Source: Lytechinus pictus (Eukaryota). Taken from it: a stretch of DNA of 64,000 nt. The translations under genes were made by a program, and so were the position numbers. Below the pieces are notes generated by a model. The model had not been told where the DNA came from and searched no databases. It saw only the letters and a program-made list of their open reading frames with translations. Of this stretch, positions 53,101-64,000 are shown piece by piece; positions within the stretch are counted from its first letter, which is position 1; every line of letters begins with the position of its first letter. Location: NCBI RefSeq assembly GCF_037042905.1, contig NC_087251.1:20090001-20154000 (forward strand). The letters run 5' to 3'.

Positions 53101-56100
53101 TGTGCAGTGTTAAAATCGCGATTAACGAAAAGAATCATGCCAAAATACGTCGGTAATAACAGATTACAGGGGGTAGTCACCCTGTGATTTTTCAATAAGT
53201 AGAAAAAATATATATATAAGTGGGAAACGGAGGAAAGAAGAATGAAGAGTATTAGGATAGTTCTGGATCTAGATCCCCAAAAAGGAATTAAATGAAAGAA
53301 AAAAAAGGGAAAAGGAGGAACACAATCAGAAAGAGCTAGGAGACTGGGTCAAGTAACTCTAAATGATCTCTGTTATTCTATCAAGAGGAGAAAGAGTACG
53401 TCACGTTAGGATAGCCCCCTTATCAAAATACTACCGCCCCCTTGTTAAAAAGTAAGATGAAATCAAAATGACAGTATTAAAGAGCATTATCACGATAATG
53501 GCGTGTATACTGGATCCATACAAAGACCACAATGCATGCACTGCTCAATGCGTAGAAAAATTATGATCACAGATTTTGTCTTATGAGCTGTATTATCAAC
53601 AATTTTTAGTATCACTTAACCTTTGATATACCGAAATCAAACAAACTCATGGCCGGGTGGTGCTCTTAAATACCAGTGTAATGTCAGTAAACTAATGCAA
53701 TCATATAATATACAGGGTGAATAAAAAATATTTTGTCCACACATAACATGATCCAGGATTCTGAAAGGGATGAACAAAATATGCAGTTATTTTTTTGTCG
53801 GCCAAGTGCTGACGGAACGCGCAGAAAAGTGAAAATAGATGGATGGCTACCTGTCCATGAATTCTTTTAAAGGAAATACAATATAAAAGGCGTTGGAGAT
53901 ATAGAAAAGGAAGAATCAAGGAACCATGATAGATTATGAAATAACCATGAAGAAATCGAATGTCTGGGGGGATGCATGTAAGAAAATAGTTTACATCACA
54001 CCTACATCCAGGGGGCATCAATAAATTATAATTCATTTTTAACCAATTATGTGCCTACCAATCACTGAGTAAAAATCCCAATTAGTTTCATTTCACGTGA
54101 AATTCTATTTAAACCCTTAGGGTGGTTCAATGTCAAATAACTTATTTTTGTTGTTGTTATAAGTGTACAATTCACGCACCACAAACAACGTCACAGTAGC
54201 TGCTTCATGGACCGAATGATCATCATTTACAACCACGACCACACCGTTTTGTTATTTCTTTACTATCAACATATTCACCATCGCCATCATCATTTCCACT
54301 CATATATCATGCATAAAAAGCATTTTTTTGGAACACGTTATATCAAGAGAAGGAATTTCAATATGACTGATGAAAAACTCACCCATATGAAAGAGTAAAC
54401 AGAATTTGACCATAAATCTATGAATGCCATTGATCATTCTTCCAAGGACTAGTTTTTTTTCTTCATATAATCTAATATCTCGAGGTGAGGAAAGTAATGT
54501 ACATGTAGCTCTTTGCAACTATTACTATTGCCTGAAGAAAATCAGTTATGATTCACCATTTGATTTCACCACACATTTTTATCAAAAATTTAGAAATTTA
54601 CTCTGAAAATTATTGGAATTGATATGTGATTTGTAATGGAGGAAAAGTATGGCACAATAAACTGTCAAATGAATCACCATGATAAATTGTCTATTAAAGC
54701 CAGAACGTCACTGAACTCTATAATTCCTTATAGGCAGATATACAGAAAAGAGACATACACCAAACAGAAAAAGACAAACGCCCAAAGCAAGTTCAATGAG
54801 TTGATATTTATTGATATATCATCTTATATACAAAAGAACTAAAAAATCATAGCATAATGGTGCAAATATAACATAATTATAGCATCATATATTTTACTAC
54901 ATATAGGTCTGATACAAAAATTCTTGGTAATCCTGCTTGTAATAAACATATGAGGTTTATTATACTACAGCAATTTATTCAATTGGGGGATTCAAAGATA
55001 GAGGAATTGACAGTACAAAATAAGCATTAAAAAAAAGATAGTGATGACAGAATATATATATGTAGAAATACAGTAGCATCAGGCAATAGACAGAATTATA
55101 GATGGTTATGAGAAAGGGAGAGAGAGAGAGAGAAAGAGAGGGGGAGGCAACACGTATGGGGGAGAAATATACAAATAACACTATACATCACTTAAGTCAT
55201 CTGACACATTTTCCTATCTATTGCATTTGTAACATTTAAATAATAAACATGAATTACCATCTGTGTCATGTATAGGAAGTTGAATCATATCAAGCAAATG
55301 TACTAATGTGAATGTACTAATGTGAATGTTGCCTGGATATCCAAACATTCATCAAAATATAGTTATAGACTGATATAAGCGTTCCTTTGTGTTGAGTGAA
55401 AACTACAACATAATCTAATTTTTTTTTACATGACAAAGAGAAGTAATGTATGAATAAGCACATATTTGGTCACTTTTAAACACCTTCATCAACTCTCACG
55501 TTGTAATGAAGTAAATAGTCATATAGTTTTCAACCAGAAAGAAAAGATTGTCAGCTATTGATAAAGAGTAAATATTGTAAGGGTTATACATTATGTCTCT
55601 TCAACCAAGAACCATGACATCATTTAATGTGTTATCACCATACACATAAACTCGAGCATCTAAAAAAAAACGACATCCATTATCTATAATGGCATAAAAG
55701 CTTCTGAACCGAGCATATATCTGCCATACTCTTAGTTTTCATCTCATATCAGATTTGCACAAAATATAACAACCAAAAAGGGGAGAAAATATCAAATCAC
55801 CTTCAAACACCGAAACAATGCACTCAGCTCAAATCTCATAACTGTAAAGAGAATGGGTAAAGTGTTCCCATAAATCTTTGTAATGTTTTTTTTTTCAATA
55901 TCCTGCCCTGGTTGCCTAGCCCTTCTTGGATGGGTTTGGCAAACTAAAAACCAAATAGCAAATACAATGTGTGCAGGGAGCTTTGTAAAGCTCAAAGAAT
56001 TTGAAATCCAATCTGATCTATGGTCCGGTGATGTCAGATGTCTGGCAATATTGGATACAATCAATGTGGGGTTCATGCGCTTTCTGCACTTTGATCTTTC

Positions 56101-57863
56101 CTCAGGTTTAGAGCCAGAAAGGAGTAGAGTCAATGTTTAATGATACCCTTTAGTGCCTTTCTGGTTCTCAGAAGAGATGTAGCTAGAACAGGAATGAGGA
56201 TGTAGGCTTACAGGGTGACAAAATGCAAGTCGTAACAGAGAGGGGGAAAGAGAGAGAGGGGGGGGGGGAATGACATGAAAACGAAGTAACTGAGGAAGAG
56301 GATAAAGAAGACAATGAAGGTGAAGAAACAACAAAAACAAAGAAGAAAAGAAAGAAAGGTAAGAAAATGAAAAGTAAAGGAGGATGAGAAGGGAGTGGAG
56401 AAGGAGGATGAGAAGAGAGTGTGTATTGACAAGACCAATACATAATGCATAAACACTGAAATTTAGAAAACTACAAATCAATTCCTGCATCAGTAACTAG
56501 CCGTGAGGCTACTAAATCAATGTCCTAAACGTGTAATGCTTCAAATATAATATCCATTATTGATTAATTCAAGCATTAACCAACAGTAGAGAAAATAAAT
56601 CTATAACATACACAAAAATGATTGCCAATGTAATTGAAAGCATCGTCAATGAATGATAATAATTAGCGGCATTCTTCACTGCAGTATATTATGCTTACAC
56701 AGTAGACAATTCTTTTTATAAAGTTTTATGATTTCTCATTCCTCTGCATATTTGCTTAGTAATTTTGAAATTGCAAAAAAGTTCATTTCAGATAACACAG
56801 TCAATCAATTATATTAACAAGACTGGTACTGGTTAACCAATTTACAGAGATTCAATAATAGTATACTCCTTGTACTTAAATTGTACAAGGTGATTTTAAT
56901 GTTTTAGATGGCACAATATCAATCCTTTAATTTATAAAGAATAAGCATGCACTCTGTGTCATACAACTCTTATGCACACACACAATGGGGACTTCTGTCA
57001 AACATAAGCACCATTAATCTCATAAACTTCACTTTTCAAGATACATGTATGAGCAAATAGAATGTTTCTCTCTTTTCCTCTCTATAACACAGTATAAAGA
57101 AGAAATGGACAAATATTAACGTTTTCATTAAAAAAAAGTGACATCAAGTACGTTTTTGCAAAAATGCCTCTAGATGAAAATACCAAGAGCCAATACCAAA
57201 TGAGATTCTATAAAGATTGATACATCTTTGCTTAAGAGAATGCACACAAAATAATGGTGGTATACCTCTATGATTGCTGCACTATATCAACTATACCTCA
57301 GTATGTCGTCATATACATAAGTGGGCCGATCTATTCCAAATCTATAAATGTTCAGCAGTTATCTAAACTCAAAGTGTTACATTGTTTTAGTTGACTTCAT
57401 GTAATAGAGACCCTATGCCTCATGTTCAACCACCATCATCATCATCAACATCACTGTTACTGCCATCATCCCTGGCTAAACAATTCTATTGATTCCATGA
57501 GGTTCCTCATACAACGCATCTAATGTCAGACTTGATTAAAGTGTTGTTGTTGTACGGAGGAGGAAGATGAAGATGGTTGAAGAAGGCTTATTGCTCATCA
57601 ACGATGCTCATTAACCTGGCGGATTCTTGATCAGCATGAGCTATAAATTTCCCCTGAGAAGCCTCCTCACATAGCAATGCATTCAACGATCAAGAATGGT
57701 GGTAATTTAAGGGGACACGGGGTGTGTTCATAAGATGAGTTTTCATGCCACCTTTAGGCTTGTGAACGATGTGGACTTCAATTCAGAACACAAGTGTGTT
57801 CGGGAGATTTATCATAGATCACAAATTTATCAGACTTTGAATCCTCATAAATGGAGAATTTTA

Positions 57864-58047
57864 AGGCCCTGTCACATCGTTCCGTGCAAAGTTTTGAGCG
57901 TGTTCTAAACTTTTCTGCGTGTAAATCAGACTTGCATGCACAGTGCTCTTCTGGGATACTGCCAATGCGGGTGATCTATGGGCGACATGCATTAGCAAAA
58001 ATAGTTAGTCACATGCACGGCTTGCAATGAACGATGTGACAGGGCCT
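57864..58047. mobile_element. Harbinger-like MITE
   Basis: Perfect TIR AGGCCCTGTCACATCGTTC / GAACGATGTGACAGGGCCT; TTA TSD. Confidence 0.88.
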
Positions 58048-60188
58048 TTATTTTCTATGGTACAACGGAGATGATTTTTGTTGCCATCCCCATAGGAAAT
58101 AAGGAGGGGGGGGGGGGGCTACTATGAATTTAAAATGTGAACAAATATGAAGTAACCAACCTGTTGGCAACAGAAAAATACAAATAAACTTTAAAGTGCC
58201 CATTTCAAAGGCATGAATGTATGTTTGAGTTGGAGTTTTGATTACCATAGTGCTCCTTGTTCTCATTCATAATTCATCACAAAAATTGTATGAACCCATC
58301 TATAGATAAATAGTCAGGCGGTATCATGGAGCAGACAAAGTAATGATATGTTATATCATGGCTCTCTCTCCCTAGAGGTTTCCAGGATAGATAAGTTCTT
58401 GCTGTTGATACAGACTGTTGACTTTGATGACATGAGATGCAACATGCCTTTCAAGGTCTTCATCAATCTTCATGTGGTTACTATGGAAATAGGCCTACAT
58501 GTACATCCCATGAGGTGATTTCGTACCAACCCAATTACAAAAAAATATGACATTTCTCATCTGATCAGTAAATATAAGATATTTTGCAAGTGTAAAAGCA
58601 AAGTACTCGTATTTACACCTCAAAGAATATAACCTAATACTACCCGAAACTATTCAGAATACTAAAAAAAGTTCCGCAGGGATTTCTCCAGGGTTCTACA
58701 TTTAACAGTTCAAAAAACTACTAGAACTTCAGATATGAGGCAAGAAGAATGCAGATTGTTTGCATAGGAAAGCAAGAGTCCTGTTGCAGGCTCAGAATCA
58801 AAGTATAGGTATTTTATCTGGTTCTGGCGGGTGTGGGTGCACAAAACATATTAGAGGATATTTAAAGGCCAGAACAATTTCTCAGAATTCAAATACATAT
58901 TTTGTAATTGGGTGGGTAAGGAAGCACCTTCTTTCTCCTCTATCTTCCTTCCCTCCTCCTTTCTCTCTCTGTATATATCCCTTTATCTGTCTTTCCTCTC
59001 TGTAATTCAACATAGGCATATACATAGTTCCATTTTGGTTCAAATTGAATGTTTACACAGTTTACCAGGCACAAATCCATTCAACAGGGATTTCCTTGCA
59101 CATTTCAGTATAGAATATTACAATATGAATAATTTCAGCTATCACAGTTGATTAACTTTTTGATATGAACATGCTGAAACAAGATGAATTCATAAACATT
59201 TACCATAGACATAAAGAAAGTATCAAGCCAACAATTTTGCTCTGGTTTAGAGCCAAATTCATTCTTTCACATGATAAATATTAGAATTCTATACTTGAAT
59301 TGTGATAGGCCCCCTTTACACAATTTCATGACCTTTTACTTGGAAAATACTTATCTTTTCTGGAATAATAATATATATCTAGATCAAAGTCCAATATACC
59401 ATTATATTGTAAATACATTTCTGACATATCTAAAGAAAAGATGAATGCTAATAATTTAGTTGAAGAGGAGAATCAATCATGTTGTCAAAGCTTGGAGTTT
59501 GTATGATTGTGCAAAAAAAAAAATCCCTTGGGCATGGGGTACGGTACACTATCCTCTGTTGAAGCATGAATTGAACATGTGTAATTCTACTTTTCCGGCT
59601 AAAATTGCAATATAATTCTGACATCAACATACTGGCCATTTAGCTACTCTACCTTTAGCTTGCCGTGCATGCAGCCTCTTATCCTTAATATGATATTTAT
59701 TATGTCGAATGAATGTTTGTTGAGTGAATGTGGAGTGAGTTACAACATTATTTCTACATGTTTATTAGTTATATAAATGCATACTACTTTAATCAAATTA
59801 CATGCCCAAATGGGAGCAGATGCATTACAGACGTGTACTTAAAATTTACTCCTGAATATCAAAAATAAAAATAAACTTCTATACTTGAATAAGTAAAATG
59901 AAGGGAAGGAAACAAAAAAACACTATTTATGCACTCAAATCTAATGCATGTTATACTTCGATTATGGGCAAAATGTTGTTTCTTGTTTCACTTCTAAAAG
60001 TAAATACTACCTGCATAACTAATTGTGTGTTCAACCACAAATCTACTTCAGACCAAACAAATGTATTTGCAAAAACAGAATATGAATATGGTTGTGATTT
60101 CATCCTTATAGCTGATTCAATGAAAAAATACTGATTTATTGTTCGTTCTACATGTATAGAGAGTTACCTAGATGTTTGATATATATTT

Positions 60189-60194
60189 TTTATT
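60189..60194 (-). terminator. Candidate AATAAA polyadenylation signal of VPS39
   Basis: First minus-strand AATAAA I noticed downstream of the stop codon (~870 nt); others occur at ~59761 and ~59696. Confidence 0.3.
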
Positions 60195-61059
60195 CTATTG
60201 GTCGTTCACAGTAGAAACCCACATTCTATACTAATTATATGCAAATGAATTCTTTCCCAAATTCCTGTTCAGAAACTACTTCATAGGCTTAGAGGCATGG
60301 CTCCCTAACAATGGATTAAAAAAAATTAGTGCAGGGTGAGGAACGCGTAACACATGTGTAAAGTTACATATTCATACGGGCCCATATTTCCTAATGAGAT
60401 CTGATTTGCCACTCTCCACCCAGGTGTTAAATGAGTAAATGGTAGGAAGCGAAAGTCAAAATTGCTGGCTCACTCCCTTGGGAGGGACGGCGCAGTGGTG
60501 TACATTGTCTGAAGGCAAAGCCAGAATCTAACAGGGGTAATATTTAAAGTGCTCAGAGATGTTATTCCGATGTGATGAGTACAATACGATATTAGCTTAA
60601 CCGTACTCTGAACTAAACCTTTTGAAGCAAATATGAAACAATTCTCAACTAGTCGATGTTTGATTTTGCAGCACCTTTTTGTTTTCAAAATACGAGAGAC
60701 TGTCTGCGAATGTTAATGACATTAGAATTGGTTCCTATAATTGATTGCACATGATTAATGTCATCAATCAATCAATCATAAACCTTATGATCAATTGCTA
60801 AGCTACAGGACCTAGAAACCCAGCATCACATCTTAAACAAAAGTATTACATACTTGGCTTGCCATAGTTTAAACAGATTTGAAGGTTTATGATACAATCA
60901 CTTTTGAGAATATCAGACATAAAATGTAGACAGTGTGCATGGCAAGCTCTCTCTCATATTTGTTTATATTTTTCAACTTCTATTAAGACAATAAAATACA
61001 TTCAGACATCAATGCAGAGAATCTATGAATTAACATACTCTTTTTAATAAAAAAATAGG

Positions 61060-61236
61060 TCATGTAGGTTCCACGGGGCAGACCTTGGGGTCTTTACAGC
61101 AGTAGTAATGCACAATGACTCCATTGGGGTAGCGGGCAAAGGCGCTGTTTCCTATACGTTTCTTGCAGACCACACAGTTCTTCTCATCATTGATGACGCA
61201 ACGGTCGCTCTGGTAGTGAATGTGTTGTTCTCTCAC
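61060..61236 (-). CDS. VPS39: VPS39/Vam6 (HOPS subunit) terminal coding exon with C-terminal zinc-finger-like motif
   Basis: After acceptor caatag: VREQHIHYQSDRCVINDEKNCVVCKKRIGNSAFARYPNGVIVHYYCCKDPKVCPVEPT*. The C..CKK.IGNSAFARYPNGV.VHY.C motif matches the C-terminus of animal VPS39. Upstream exons lie outside the window. Confidence 0.92.
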   Translation of the reverse strand: MREQHIHYQSDRCVINDEKNCVVCKKRIGNSAFARYPNGVIVHYYCCKDPKVCPVEPT

Positions 61237-63032
61237 CTATTGTGTATAAGCAAAAAATAAAAGAAAGGAGAGAGATTTAAAACATAATTCATTAAAATTT
61301 CATATCCCAAACAATTCATTTTCAATTTCATGATTAACAATCAATTGGCTTTATTTAGTTTTGTACCATTACAGGTTTTGGAATCAATGTTCTCTTTCCA
61401 CAGGATTAACCACAATCATTCAAAACACACTGAATAATGATTGAACATCCACTGCCAAGACATTCATGTGAAAAATCATTTTAATGCCATTTGGACTACC
61501 TAAAATCGTACTTCACTTAATTCCACACACCAACACACTTCAAAATACTCTTAAAATTTGCCATTACATGAAGCAGTCACCCATATATTACGCATTTAAC
61601 AGTATTTAGCAGTGCTCTACTAAAGCTGCACCCAAAATAACAATCCGGTGAACAATTACATCGGCTTTGAATAGCTGTACATCTTTCTTTACAACCCACA
61701 CCCCACCCCCCATTTTCCCTTAAATACTATTCATATCATTGAGTCTGATCATGGATCTGATCAATAGGCAAGGATTGCTTACAAGAGGATAATGAGATAA
61801 AAAGTGATTTGAGATTAGGAAATGATCAGTGGACCAAATAAAGCAAGGGTCTTTGGATAGAGGTTGCAAAGTGATTGATATTGGTGAAGAGAAGTATTTG
61901 CATAAAGGATTGGTGTTCTCAGATTTAAAGGTGCACTGAGCAGGTTTTTGTTATTTACATCCATGGATAAATTGAGAAATAGCAACAAATACATACTTAG
62001 AGAAGGCATGGAGTGGGGGTAATACATTACAGTTGGAAAAGGGATTACCGTATAGTTCAGTAGTTCAGAAATAGTATTTATGAGTTGGTGGGGGAGGGGG
62101 GATACACAACAATAAACAATAACAACAAGTCGATACAGATGAGGAGTCAAGAGTCATAGCCAAAAGGGAAGTAGATCAAGAGGAATTGATGATCAAACAT
62201 AAAGAGAAGAATAAAACAGCGAAATAAATCTATAAGAGAGAGGAGAAAACAAACAAATTATGGACCTCTTCAGTTCGACCATTGGGGCTCAATCAGGATG
62301 CATAAATCATCCTGTGATATGAAAATGCAATTAATTAATTTATACACATTACAATCAATTGTAATAATAAATGTATGGCAAATCATGCACAAATAATTAT
62401 ATATTATAGATATTGATCGCATATCCTTACGTCACAGGGTCCTGGACATACACTACATCTACATCTACTGCTGACCTACTTAATTGTGTAGGTATGCATC
62501 TCATCCAATGTGAATCTAGTTCCTACAAACAAACCATAAATAAAACAAGCAGGAAGAGATAGGTTGGAGAAATATTCCAACAGTGGTGTGAGCACTCCTT
62601 TTTGTCATCGCGCTCTCACCTCAGCCCCTTAACATCTGCAGATTCGGACACGTTCCCTAACTCTACTTCCACCTATTAAGTCCAGGCATCTCGGCTCATG
62701 ACAAATTATTTAATATTCAGAAGCCCTATGGCTGTTATTCCGGTGGATTTCCCTTTTCCATGCCATCTATAAATGTAGATCAGTTTCATTTCAATTCAAA
62801 ATTCAATAATTACATTTTAGGGGATTGAATGACCTCAACAATTAAATCATGTACAGAATATTATACTTTGAATTCAAATGTTACTATGGCAAGCTGTCTC
62901 CGCAAATCTACTAACGGCACATTAATTTTCGAATGTATTCAATTGGCAGTGAACAATTTAATTGAATCCTCAATTTAAATGGAATATGCAAATTAATCCC
63001 AATTCTGAGTAAGTTAATTCCTTGTTTCTTCA

Positions 63033-63723
63033 CGGTGGCTCAGTGGTAGAGTATCCAGAAGATTGTGGGTTTGATCCCTGCCAAGTCATACCAAAGACTT
63101 TAACAATAGGTGGTTTCAGACCGCCTCGAAGTTCGTCAGTTCCAGGTATTCTCTGATTGGGAAATTTACCCAGATCAGAAAATACCAGGTATTTTGGTAA
63201 TGTGAAAGCAAACTACGCGTAATTTCCCCGAAAGAAAATACCCGCTAAATAGTAGGTACTTGGCGAAATTACGAGAACTTTCGCGGGGATTTTTCCAAGG
63301 TCGCAGGTATTTTGGCAATGTGAAAGCAATTTACGGGAACTTTTAGCCAAGCGTGTCGTTGGGCGCGGGCGCCGTGGGTGGCTGCTGGGCTAGTGGTTTT
63401 GAATCTCGTGCCTTGCCTGCTTATTAGACCATACTGCGCATGCTCCTAACTTCAGGAATTTATCCCGAAGGGTATGTTTCGGGGCGGTGTGAATGCAGGA
63501 ATAATTAATGGGTATTTTTTAGCCTAAAAATGTTCTCGTAATTTAACGGGGATTCTTGTGATCGAGGCGGTTTGAAACCGCCGTATGGGATCTTCTGCCT
63601 CAAGGATCTAGTTGCTCAGCATTCAGATTGGAGAAGGGTAATAATAACATTGTGTATGGGGCCCACTGGTAGAGCAGTGGCTACCAGGGGTAAATAAAAT
63701 GTTGTTATAATTATTATTATTAT
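63033..63723 (+). mobile_element. tRNA-derived SINE interrupted by a MITE
   Basis: GGTGGCTCAGTGGTAGAG A-box, gggtttgatccc B-box, gtcataccaaagactttaa body; resumes after 63582 and ends in aataaa plus (TTA)n. Confidence 0.75.
63109..63582. mobile_element. MITE (probably Harbinger-like) inserted in a SINE
   Basis: TIR GGTGGTTTCAGACCGCCTCGA / TCGAGGCGGTTTGAAACCGCC; flanks ATA/GTA; CpG-rich interior suggests a young insertion. Confidence 0.82.
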
Positions 63724-64000
63724 GAAATGTCTTCAATTGTAGATAAAAGCCACTTACAGTATTATAATATAGCATAAACACTATGAAATATGCTCTCACG
63801 AATGTATTCCTGATTTCATCTCTATCATATAAAGGAGGAATGACTACTACTATGACTACAGTGACAATGTCCTTACAATCTGGATAGATAAATTAACATG
63901 ACTACCTGAAGATCCCGCCTAGTTCAATCAAAAGACGTCATTCAAGATGGGGGTTGAATGAATGATTCATAACGCAGCTCTGACTCACAAAGTAACACTT

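Noticed and set aside
56137..56490. Hydrophobic or Ser/Leu/Phe-rich ORFs
   Set aside because: They are translations of a GA/CT low-complexity tract.

Overview
This is AT-rich animal genomic DNA; the repeat types suggest a marine invertebrate, probably a sea urchin (inference). Positions 308-40497 hold most of a conventional beta-spectrin gene on the minus strand. I could splice 29 coding exons with canonical GT-AG sites and consistent phases into 5553 nt / 1851 aa: start codon, CH1-CH2 actin-binding domain and spectrin repeats up to about repeat 15. The 3' end lies beyond the left edge. The last coding exon of VPS39/Vam6 (61060-61236, minus strand) is absent from the ORF track. Introns and intergenic DNA carry many non-autonomous DNA transposons (TTAA Kolobok-like, 3-bp-TSD Harbinger-like, 8-bp-TSD hAT-like, pogo-like), tRNA-derived SINEs, nested insertions and a higher-order tandem array. 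The most striking unexplained signal is a dense field of short palindromic insertions at TA sites (TACATGTA, TAGGCCTA, TACAGTA). Comparing repeat copies and TIR arms within the window shows at least TACATGTA and TAGGCCTA are derived insertions, best explained as Tc1/mariner-type excision footprints. They concentrate in the 5' introns of the gene. No prokaryotic-type system, CRISPR array or intact transposase was seen.
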